Shown here: positions 54,864 to 64,000 of the stretch, piece after piece
How positions within the stretch are numbered: position 1 is the stretch's first letter
How the letters are laid out: the number at the start of each line of letters is the position of its first letter
Assembly (NCBI GenBank): GCA_964057225.1
Contig: CAXKVF010000076.1
Location: 124,001 to 188,000, forward strand
DNA from: Auanema rhodensis
Taxonomy: Eukaryota > Animalia > Nematoda
Length of the DNA stretch: 64,000 bases
Reading direction: 5' to 3'
Notes under the pieces: generated by a model
Database searches by the model: none
Told to the model about the DNA's origin: nothing
What the model saw: the letters and a program-made list of their open reading frames with translations, nothing else
Translations under genes and position numbers: made by a program

Positions 54864-55721
54864 TTATTTCACATTTTTAACATGTAATGTAACAACTGTA
54901 GAACCATAATTAAATTGCATAGGGCGGCCAAATTCATCTAAAATTTCAATACGTATAGTATCGAGTGTTTGCTTAGTGATTGGTACATAACGAATAGGAT
55001 TAAATGTTTTGGCAATCATTTTACCAAATTCGGTGGGAGGTGGTACAGGTAAACATGCAAGTAAATTAGCTTTCACATTACCGAGAATGGAATATTCTAC
55101 AATATCACAATATATATACATTGTATTAATGTTATTTGAAAAATCAATGGGGCGCCTGGCTATTAACGTGTCGTTGATAATTTTATTCTCAAAGCCAAGA
55201 AAATATGCGAGAGCATCACCGAGTGTTGCATTCAATAATAGCCGCTTACTTGTTACAAACTCTATGCGTTGTAGTGTTTTGTTAAATCGAAACGTGGCGT
55301 CTGCCAGCATTTCCTTGACAAGTTTAGCCTCAGCTTGTCGATTATTATACCACTTTTTCACATCTTCATCTTTATCTATCAAACCCTTTATACGTGCTTC
55401 TTCCTCAGCTCCAAGAGGTTTAGTGCTGCTAGCAATAAATTGTTCTTTTCCAGCATTGATTCCGCGTATTATTTCATCACCATTTGCATAGTTACCTTTG
55501 GGCAAGTGCAGAATAAACTTTCTGTTGGAAAAACGTAGTGTATAAGAAAGATTTTCTTGTACATTTAATATCGAACACGGAAAAATTATGTCTGTCAGCC
55601 CAATGCAATATCTGTTATTGCGTAGCCTTAATGTTTCAGGTAACCTGGTAAGAAACACTGATGAGGTATTACTTTTTTCAGAGTCAACTGATGACGGCAA
55701 AGTAATGTAAAAGTCATCCAT
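54864..55721 (-). CDS. Minor capsid protein/penton (Polinton PX type), 285 aa
   Basis: Starts MDDFYITLPSS..N....F.TRLP and contains IGLTDI, YIYCDIVEYSILGN...LL, and IRIEILDEFGRPMQF....VVTLH. Confidence 0.9.
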   Translation of the reverse strand: MDDFYITLPSSVDSEKSNTSSVFLTRLPETLRLRNNRYCIGLTDIIFPCSILNVQENLSYTLRFSNRKFILHLPKGNYANGDEIIRGINAGKEQFIASSTKPLGAEEEARIKGLIDKDEDVKKWYNNRQAEAKLVKEMLADATFRFNKTLQRIEFVTSKRLLLNATLGDALAYFLGFENKIINDTLIARRPIDFSNNINTMYIYCDIVEYSILGNVKANLLACLPVPPPTEFGKMIAKTFNPIRYVPITKQTLDTIRIEILDEFGRPMQFNYGSTVVTLHVKNVK

Positions 55722-55800
55722 CAGAGACCACCACCTGATGCGTGCACACTAGTATAAATGAAATCATTTGCATTATAGGTACATTTACGAGTGGTTGATT

Positions 55801-56448
55801 ATGGTTTTCAGCTTCAAACTACCCAGTCAGACAACTGTAATAGGGGCAACGCAATGTGGTAAAACTACCCTTATAAAACGTATATGTGAAAATACTGAAA
55901 AGTTTTTCAACGTCCCCATTGATAGAATATTCTGGTTCAGTCAATGTGGTACATCGTCAGGTGTTCCATTAAATGATGAGCGTTTAATAGTTATTCAAGG
56001 ACCACCTGATCCGGATATAATAAAAGAGCAAAAGGGAGTAAACACCATACTAGTGCTGGATGATTTGATGAATTTTTTCTCATCGAATAAAGCGGCTAAA
56101 GAATTACTCAACAACATTTTTACAGTGTGGGCACATCACTGGAATTTGGCAGTGTTTAATCTTGTGCAAGCTGCATTTCAGCTAGACAGGACCAGTCGAA
56201 TTAATAGTACATATATAATACTGATGAAAAGTCATTCGGATATATTACAAATACGTAATTGTCTGCAACAATTATTTGGCCCCCGCTTTAAAAATGCTCT
56301 AGAAGCATATGATGATGCAATGTCTACACCCTATAGTCATTTACTGATTGACAACCATCCTTTAACAAATGAGAAACAGCGTATACTATCAGATATAACA
56401 GCGGAGCACCCTATTGTTTATGTAGCCAGAAATATATTCAGTGTTTAA
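55801..56448 (+). CDS. A32/FtsK-like genome-packaging ATPase, ~215 aa
   Basis: Walker A GATQCGKTT, Walker B LVLDDLM, HH.NL.VF.LVQ, R.NSTYIIL and PYSHLLID. Confidence 0.92.
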   Translation: MVFSFKLPSQTTVIGATQCGKTTLIKRICENTEKFFNVPIDRIFWFSQCGTSSGVPLNDERLIVIQGPPDPDIIKEQKGVNTILVLDDLMNFFSSNKAAKELLNNIFTVWAHHWNLAVFNLVQAAFQLDRTSRINSTYIILMKSHSDILQIRNCLQQLFGPRFKNALEAYDDAMSTPYSHLLIDNHPLTNEKQRILSDITAEHPIVYVARNIFSV

Positions 56449-56460
56449 TGTGCATGTTCA

Positions 56461-56769
56461 ATGAGTGGTCGTATTTTGTCAAATTACAACTTTTTATCTT
56501 CTTGTGCCAAAACCCCTTGTTCTGTTTCCTCATTTTCTTTTTCACAAATTGAAATTATTGTTGAAATTGTATTTAATATTGTGAAAAATAATAATTTTCT
56601 CTTAACTAACAAGGAATATAAAACCCTTTTGCCCATATCCTCATTATTACGTCAAATAGCTTTGATACGCACACCCGAAAAGGCTAAAACTTTATTGGCA
56701 ACGATTTCACACAAACAATTGAAAACAATAGTTTCATGCGGAATTGCTTATTTTGGTTTTAAAAGATGA
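56461..56769 (+). CDS. Small hypothetical Polinton protein, 102 aa
   Basis: Tightly packed between the ATPase and the next ORF (ATGA overlap). The IVEIVFNIVK..LT..E block resembles the small conserved Polinton ORF found near ATPase and integrase genes. Confidence 0.7.
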   Translation: MSGRILSNYNFLSSCAKTPCSVSSFSFSQIEIIVEIVFNIVKNNNFLLTNKEYKTLLPISSLLRQIALIRTPEKAKTLLATISHKQLKTIVSCGIAYFGFKR

Positions 56770-57503
56770 AACTCAATCATAAATATCGTCTAATCCCTGT
56801 TGATGATGAAACGCTGAATATAGACAAGTTTGATGCTGAATTGAAGCTCTTACGAGAGAATAAATCTATACCCGATTATAAAAAGGCTGAACTATACGAA
56901 GACTTGATTACCCGTCTCAAAAACTATAGAGAAAGCATAGATGCGCCTATATCAGTACAAGTGGAAAATGCTGATCCACCATTATTGCCAGAATACAAGC
57001 TGCCACGAAAGTATAACGATCTGTGGGAAAGATTTCCAGAGGTGCGTACAAACAAAAATAACCAACTTGTGATTAATAATGAGCCCGTACCAAACACAAA
57101 TATTACAAAAATTTTGGATTTTGTACTGGATAAAACAAAGACGGAACCCAATGGATTCTCAGTATTAGCCAAATTCTTAGCCAGTAATGGGGTCTCTAGC
57201 CCTAACAAGAAGGCAAAAAATGTAGAGCCTGCCGTCAGTAACAAGGATTCAGTTGATCCCGTGCCTACATCCACATCGGCTGTCACAGACTTGGATGCTA
57301 CTATTAATATATTACCTAGAACACCACGTCATCGTAAGGCTGTTATTCGATATTCACCCTCTCCGCGTCGTACATTCAAATCCAAAGCTATAAATAAAAA
57401 GGCAAAACCCGCTGACACTGGTGAATCATATTACACACCTCAGGCGGGAGAAACACAGAATGGCAAAGGCCGTAAACGATTCTACATTAGATTATGGAAG
57501 TAA
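56766..57503 (+). CDS. Hypothetical Polinton protein upstream of the integrase, 245 aa, with a basic Ser/Pro/Arg-rich C-terminus
   Basis: Long ORF overlapping both neighbours, with a KYRLIP start, an INNEPVPNTNITKIL..PNGF block and a QNGKG motif near the C-terminus. Confidence 0.75.
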   Translation: MKLNHKYRLIPVDDETLNIDKFDAELKLLRENKSIPDYKKAELYEDLITRLKNYRESIDAPISVQVENADPPLLPEYKLPRKYNDLWERFPEVRTNKNNQLVINNEPVPNTNITKILDFVLDKTKTEPNGFSVLAKFLASNGVSSPNKKAKNVEPAVSNKDSVDPVPTSTSAVTDLDATINILPRTPRHRKAVIRYSPSPRRTFKSKAINKKAKPADTGESYYTPQAGETQNGKGRKRFYIRLWK

Positions 57504-58527
57504 TGTTTTGGAGAACATTTATTATAATATTAAGCATCCAGCTTCTTATACGTCTGCCAAAAATCTATTATTGGAAGCGCGAAAGCATGGCATCGCAAAA
57601 GCACAAGTTGAAAGTTTTTTGCAAGACTCTGAAACTTTTACACGTCATAAACCAACCAGACTGCATATGCAGACTAAAAAGACTAGAGGCTGTGGTCGAT
57701 TCCTAACAATGCAAGCAGATTTGGTTGATATGCAAAAATATAAAAAATCAAATGACGGCTATGCTTACATGTTGACCATGATTGATGTTTATACACGCAT
57801 GTTATATGTTAGGCCTTTGAAAACTAAAGGTGGTTTAGAGGTTGCTACTGCATTTGAAAATGTATTCAAGGATTTTATACCAATCCAACTAATAACGGAT
57901 AACGGTGCAGAGTTTTATAATAGTCATTGTGAAAAACTATTCAAAAAATTTGCCATACTGCATGGATCAACAAGTTCACCACAAAAGGCGGCAATGGTGG
58001 AGCGAGCAAATAGAACTTTAAAAACGCGCATGATGAAATATCTCTATTACAAGAATAATCATCGATGGATAGATATACTAGATGACTTGGTCGAAGGAAT
58101 AAACAAATCTTATAATCGGTCGATTAAAATGCGCCCCGTAGATGTTACAGCAAATATATTCGTTGAAGAATATGCACCAGCTGTTCGCAACCGATTCAAA
58201 ATTGGTGATAATGTTCGCATAAGCAAGAACAGGCGTACTTTTGAAAAAAGTTACGAGTCTGGATATACAATGGAACTATTCACAATTGATGAGATTGTAG
58301 CCGGGAACCCAACCGTGTATAAACTTGTAGATTATAATGGTGAACGTATAAAGGGAATATTCTATGAGCCTGAACTTGTGTTGGCTACTAATAAAAGCAA
58401 CCAGTACTATATTGAGAAAGTTTTGAAAGAGCGTACACGAAATGGTAAACGCCAAGTATTTGTAAAATGGAGTGGCTATCCCGACAACTTTAATGAATGG
58501 ATAGATGCAGAAAATTTAAATGTATAA
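57460..58527 (+). CDS. int: Retroviral-like (RVE) DDE integrase with C-terminal chromodomain, ~355 aa
   Basis: QADLVDM (D), ITDNGAEF (D), AMVERANRTLK (E), YN...RSIKMRP.DV, and chromodomain YYIEKVL...FVKWSGYPDNFNEWI. Confidence 0.95.
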   Translation: MAKAVNDSTLDYGSNVLENIYYNIKHPASYTSAKNLLLEARKHGIAKAQVESFLQDSETFTRHKPTRLHMQTKKTRGCGRFLTMQADLVDMQKYKKSNDGYAYMLTMIDVYTRMLYVRPLKTKGGLEVATAFENVFKDFIPIQLITDNGAEFYNSHCEKLFKKFAILHGSTSSPQKAAMVERANRTLKTRMMKYLYYKNNHRWIDILDDLVEGINKSYNRSIKMRPVDVTANIFVEEYAPAVRNRFKIGDNVRISKNRRTFEKSYESGYTMELFTIDEIVAGNPTVYKLVDYNGERIKGIFYEPELVLATNKSNQYYIEKVLKERTRNGKRQVFVKWSGYPDNFNEWIDAENLNV

Positions 58528-58825
58528 TTTTTCACTGTTGTTGTAAACAATTGTATTAATAATAAATGATTTATTTGATCAATCGTTCATATTGTAACAA
58601 TAAAAAACCAGCAAAACATAAAAGCCAAGACAATGATATAACCTATAATTATAAACTGATTAATATTTAAATTTTCAATGCTTACCAGTTGGTTTGAGAG
58701 TCGGCTGTTGATGGATAATTTCAAACTTCAAGAGCTGGAAAAAAAAAATGTTACGGCTAAGAAAATTTAAATATAACATAACAAAATCAACCAACTATCC
58801 ATTAAACAGTTTGTGCTTGTTGTAG

Positions 58826-59419
58826 TCAAAACGATGGATCAAAACGGATAAGCATATTCAAGTTGAGCGCCTGTTGACTTAATTTAAAGTAGAACACATT
58901 CTGCTTATAACCAAAAGACTTGACAGTTGACTCATCAGTATAAATGGCAATGTAACCCATATTATTCAACAATTGTTTTGATGACATGCTAGAATAGGAA
59001 CGCATCTGTAAAAGAAAAAATAATAATTAGAATTAATAATTTTATAATCTCACATTGATTGTTGAATTTTCAGGTTTATAATGACGGAAAACTTTTAAAA
59101 GCCCTAAGGCATCATTCCTCGCTCTACACTTGACACAGAGGCTGAAACAGTGGTACTCGTCTACGACTTGCAATGTATCCCTACAAGTTTTGCAGAGACA
59201 TATTGGTCTCATAACTACAGGCTGTTGTGGAGAGCTATCCTTTGAGATTTGTACCTGCTTTTTTGGTGTGTCTAAACAAAAAATAATTAATAACAAAAAT
59301 AAAACCTTACCAAAGAATGTGGCAGCAAAGTTGGGTCCTGGTGTGGGTGGTCTTGGAACATCCGGTTCCGGTGTCGAAGGTACAATATTCTCTACATCAA
59401 CAAGAGCGGAACGCTTCAT
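58826..59419 (-). CDS. Spliced accessory gene: Pro-rich N-terminus plus Cys/His Zn-binding region, ~168 aa
   Basis: Proposed exons 59419-59311, 59271-59054 and 59005-58826, with GT-AG introns of 39 and 48 nt. Contains CLCKTC-x10-HCFSLCVKC. TATAAAAG lies at ~59705-59712 on the - strand. Confidence 0.55.
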
Positions 59420-59519
59420 GTTTGTAGCCCAATTGGAGGCTTTTCCTAAACAACAACGAACTTTTACGTCTAGGGTCCAAGTAGAGTAGAGGATAGTCCT
59501 AGCAGCAGTCTGTTGACGT

Positions 59520-59670
59520 TGGATCAGATCGTCGGCTTGTTGGCAGAGGTGGATCGGCGAGAAGACTTGGTGGCGGAGCTGGATCGGAGAGTAGACTTGT
59601 TGACAGAGCTGGATCGTAGAGTCGACTTGTTGACAGAGCTGGATCGTAGAGTCGACTTGTTGGCGGAGCT
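59520..59670. repeat. GC-rich 30-bp tandem repeat, 5 copies (TGGATCGTAGAGTCGACTTGTTGACAGAGC)
   Basis: TGGATC recurs at about 59520, 59550, 59580, 59610 and 59640. Confidence 0.92.
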
Positions 59671-60424
59671 GAAATACAAATTTCGGTCTAAAAAATTTTG
59701 CCACCTTTTATACAAACTTTGTTGTAAAGCTCTACCCACTCCGCCTCTTTCACAAAACAGTTGACTGCTGTATGCGGCTTTTCTATTTGTTATATATTAC
59801 AACAAATATATGCATTTATACATTAATTAGCAGTTTGTTGCGCAAACAGCTGCCAAATGCGCTAAAATACACCGATTGCGCCAACAGTTGCCGGATTAAC
59901 AACCTGTAAACTATCCGCTTATTAATTACTTGTTACATCATTCGATTTCGTAAATACAAATATTTAACAATAATTCAACTCATTTGTGACAAGTCCCTAT
60001 ACAATAACAACTGTCATCCAAAATTGTGGAAGATTACAATAGGATCGTTTAATATTGTATTCATATTCTTATTATAACAGCTGTGGTACACTCTTACTTT
60101 TATAGTTTAGGAAACACTAATTCAAAATGTTGGATCCTACTGAGGAAACGCAGGATTGTTGCGAAAAACAGACTTGTACACATCCGATTACAAGTACAAC
60201 ATTTCCAGACACTTTGTAAAAAAGAAACTCTTACAAAATGTTAACACATGTTCTAATTTTAAATGAAAATTTATTGTTCAATAAATATATTACGAAACAT
60301 TTATTCTATTCTTGAACATAGTTATGAAATACATTAGCTATCAGAACATTTATAAACTATTAGGGCTACAACAACAATTACTTTAAAGTAACATTTTTGA
60401 TGTTAAAAAGTTTGAAAATATTCG

Positions 60425-61189
60425 TATATACTCATGACCCCTTGGCATAGTAAGTATTCTTTAGCGTTATGGGTACATGTGGTGTACAGCTATTTATCAT
60501 ATTTTTATGAACACGACTTTTGCCATGTGGTACATGTGTAGTGCACCTGTTTTAACGATCTTATCGAATTAACCTTCGATATGTGTTTCATTAAATTTAG
60601 TTTAAATATTTATTACTTCTTATCGAATTAACCTTCGATATGAGTTCCATTGATTAACCCATAAGAGGTACGGTGAACATATTGATTACCTTTTAAATTT
60701 ATTTAAATAATTAAAAACAATATATATGAGAAATAATTTATTCAGTTTTAAAGATACAATTAAAAAATATATAAATATTAAAATACATTTAAAAAGAAAT
60801 ATTATTAAAAATATATTTAAAAAGAAACAATTAAATAATAATATTTCCAAATACAATTTAAAATATATATAAATATTAAAAATACATTTAAAAAGAAATA
60901 AGTTTAAAAATATTTACAAATACAATTAACAAATATATAAATAATAAAAATTCATTTAAAATAATACATTAAAAAATAATTTAAAAAAAAAAATCATGCA
61001 TTTTGATTCATGCGCAGGCTCGAGAGCCTGCCTCGGGAGGAAAAGTATATTTTTGACAGCTGACGCCGAAAATATGATTTTGACAGCTGACGCCCCCAAA
61101 AGTATGATTTTAGCAGCTGACGCCCTCAAAAGTATGTTTTTAGCAACTGTTTGGGGGCGTGGTTAGTAAATTCGGCATGGCTCTCTACT
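60425..61189 (-). repeat. Right terminal inverted repeat (near-perfect core 60885-61189)
   Basis: Reverse complement of the left end, lacking the ~290-bp block found at left 45088-45380. Confidence 0.93.
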
Positions 61190-61195
61190 CACGTG
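61190..61195. other. Right copy of 6-bp target-site duplication CACGTG
   Basis: ...CTCTCTACT-CACGTG-ATGTGCACTTGG resumes the satellite in exact register. Confidence 0.97.
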
Positions 61196-64000
61196 ATGTG
61201 CACTTGGTATGTAACTCGCTTCACGTGAAAGATAAAGAGATGCGGTTTTCAAAATTAGATTCCCCATGTCCATATTAGTCTAAAAACAAATTTTTATTGA
61301 TATTGGTGCATGGTAACCATGACTTTGAAATTTACGTGAACTTTAATTTATGCTAATTAAATGTACACGTGATGTGTACTTGGTATGTAACTCGCTTCAC
61401 GTGAAAGATAAAGAGATGCGGTTTTCAAAATTAGATTCCCCATGTCCATATTAGTCTAAAAACAAATTTTTATTGATATTGGTGCATGGTAACCATGACT
61501 TTGAATTTTACGTGAACTTTAATTTATGCTAATTAAATGTACACGTGATGTGCACTTGGTATGTAACTCGCTTCACGTGAAAGATAAAGAGATGCGGTTT
61601 TCAAAATTAGATTCCCCATGTCCATATTAGTCTAAAAACAAATTTGTATTGATATTGGTTCATGGTAACCATGACTTTGAAATTTACGTGAACTTTAATT
61701 TATGCTAATTAAATGTACACGTGATGTGCACTTGGTATGTAACTCGCTTCACGTGAAAGATAAAGAGATGCGGTTTTCAAAATTAGATTCCCCATGTCCA
61801 TATTAGTCTAAAAACAAATTTTTATTGATATTGGTGCATGGTAACCATGACTTTGAAATTTACGTGAACTTTAATTTATGCTAATTAAATGTACACGTGA
61901 TGTGCACTTGGTATGTAACTCGCTTCACGTGAAAGATAAAGAGATGCGGTTTTCAAAATTAGATTCCCCATGTCCATATTAGTCTAAAAACAAATTTGTA
62001 TTGATATTGGTTCATGGTAACCATGACTTTGAAATTTACGTGAACTTTAATTTATGCTAATTAAATGTACACGTGATGTGCACTTGGTATGTAACTCGCT
62101 TCACGTGAAAGATAAAGAGATGCGGTTTTCAAAATTAGATTCCCCATGTCCATATTAGTCTAAAAACAAATTTTTATTGATATTGGTGCATGGTAACCAT
62201 GACTTTGAAATTTACGTGAACTTTAATTTATGCTAATTAAATGTACACGTGATGTGTACTTGGTATGTAACTCGCTTCACGTGAAAGATAAAGAGATGCG
62301 GTTTTCAAAATTAGATTTCCCATGTCCATATTAGTCTAAAAACAAATTTTTATTGATATTGGTTCATGGTAACCATGACTTTGAAATTTACGTGAACTTT
62401 AATTTATGCTAATTAAATGTACACGTGATGTGCACTTGGTATGTAACTCGCTTCACGTGAAAGATAAAGAGATGCGGTTTTCAAAATTAGATTCCCCATG
62501 TCCATATTAGTCTAAAAACAAATTTTTATTGATATTGGTGCATGGTAACCATGACTTTGAAATTTACGTGAACTTTAATTTATGCTAATTAAATGTACAC
62601 GTGATGTGCACTTGATATGTAACTCGCTTCACGTGAAAGATAAAGAGATGCGGTTTTCAAAATTAGATTCCCCATGTCCATATTAGTCTAAAAACAAATT
62701 TTTATTGATATTGGTTCATGGTAACCATGACTTTGAAATTTACGTGAACTTTAATTTATGCTAATTAAATGTACACGTGATGTTCACTTGGTATTTAACT
62801 CGCTTCACGTAAAAGATAAAGAGATGCGGTTTCCAAAATTAGATTCCCCATGTCCATATTAGTCTAAAAACAAATTTTTATTGATATTGGTGCATGGTAA
62901 CCATGACTTTGAATTTTACGTGAACTTTAATTTATGCTAATTAAATGTACACGTGATGTGCACTTGGTATGTAACTCGCTTCAAGTGAAAGATAAAGAGA
63001 TGCGGTTTTCAAAATTAGATTCCCCATGTCCATATTAGTCTAAAAACAAATTTTTATTGATATTGGTGCATGGTAACCATGACTTTGAAATTTACGTGAA
63101 CTTTAATTTATGCTAATTAAATGTACACGTGATGTGCACTTGGTATGTAACTCGCTTCACGTGAAAGATAAAGAGATGCGGTTTTCAAAATTAGATTCCC
63201 CATGTCCATATTAGTCTAAAAACAAATTTTTATTGATATTGCTTCATGGTAACCATGACTTTGAAATTTACGTGAACTTTAATTTATGCTAATTAAATGT
63301 ACACGTGATGTGCACTTGGTATGTAACTCGCTTCACGTGAAAGATAAAGAGATGCGGTTTTCAAAATTAGATTCCCCATGTCCATATTAGTCTAAAAACA
63401 AATTTGTATTGATATTGGTTCATGGTAACCATGACTTTGAAATTTACGTGAACTTTAATTTATGCTAATTAAATGTACACGTGATGTGCACTTGGTATGT
63501 AACTCGCTTCACGTGAAAGATAAAGAGATGCGGTTTTCAAAATTAGATTCCCCATGTCCATATTAGTCTAAAAACAAATTTTTATTGATATTGGTGCATG
63601 GTAACCATGACTTTGAAATTTACGTGAACTTTAATTTATGCTAATTAAATGTACACGTGATGTGTACTTGGTATGTAACTCGCTTCACGTGAAAGATAAA
63701 GAGATGCGGTTTTCAAAATTAGATTCCCCATGTCCATATTAGTCTAAAAACAAATTTTTATTGATATTGGTTCATGGTAACCATGACTTTGAAATTTACG
63801 TGAACTTTAATTTATGCTAATTAAATGTACACGTGATGTGCACTTGGTATGTAACTCGCTTCACGTGAAAGATAAAGAGATGCGGTTTTCAAAATTAGAT
63901 TCCCCATGTCCATATTAGTCTAAAAACAAATTTTTATTGATATTGGTGCATGGTAACCATGACTTTGAAATTTACGTGAACTTTAATTTATGCTAATTAA
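61190..64000. repeat. 176-bp satellite array, right arm (~16 monomers, continues beyond the window end)
   Basis: Same monomer and orientation as the left arm. Confidence 0.99.

Larger units (their letters stand above)
44457..61189. mobile_element. Complete Maverick/Polinton element (integrated polintovirus), 16,733 bp
   Basis: Ends are AGTAGAGAGCCATGCCG... and ...CGGCATGGCTCTCTACT, with TIRs and a 6-bp TSD. It encodes pPolB, retroviral-like integrase, A32-like ATPase, adenain-like protease, and major and minor capsid proteins. Confidence 0.98.

Noticed and set aside
47560-57706. Antisense and alternate-frame ORFs overlapping core genes (e.g. 47560-47868, 48932-49249, 53229-53462, 54482-54832, 55009-55491, 56924-57286, 57494-57706)
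   Set aside because: They are shadows of well-supported genes and have no recognisable motifs.
59042-59764. ORFs 59042-59704 (-), 59130-59489 (+), 59513-59764 (+) and 59524-59739 (-) as listed
   Set aside because: They have non-ATG starts and are kept open by the 30-bp repeat or by read-through of an in-frame intron. A spliced model from ATG 59419 fits better.
44457-61189. Fusogen or toxin cargo gene as described for some nematode Mavericks
   Set aside because: There is no ORF or unexplained space large enough. The only unassigned stretch (~59750-60420) shows no convincing coding signal.

Overview
This is eukaryotic DNA, probably from a nematode (inferred from 39-52 nt AT-rich introns with TTTCAG/TTACAG-type acceptors). 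A very homogeneous 176-bp satellite array (1-44456, about 252 monomers, resuming 61190-64000) is interrupted by one complete 16,733-bp Maverick/Polinton endogenous virus-like transposon (44457-61189). The element has 5'-AGTAG...CTACT-3' ends, long terminal inverted repeats (TIRs) and a 6-bp CACGTG target-site duplication (TSD). The fragmented polymerase ORFs in the ORF track are not a pseudogene. By hand they join into one 14-exon, 13-intron protein-primed PolB gene of about 1370 aa (46023-51811), with one GC-AG intron and a 1.1-kb intron that carries its own ~167-bp tandem repeat. The central module is intronless: major capsid, pVI-like protein, adenain-like protease, C2H2 zinc finger, minor capsid/penton, packaging ATPase, two conserved hypotheticals and a chromodomain integrase. 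A second spliced gene reads inward from the right end. All gene models were derived by eye and need RNA-seq or homology confirmation.
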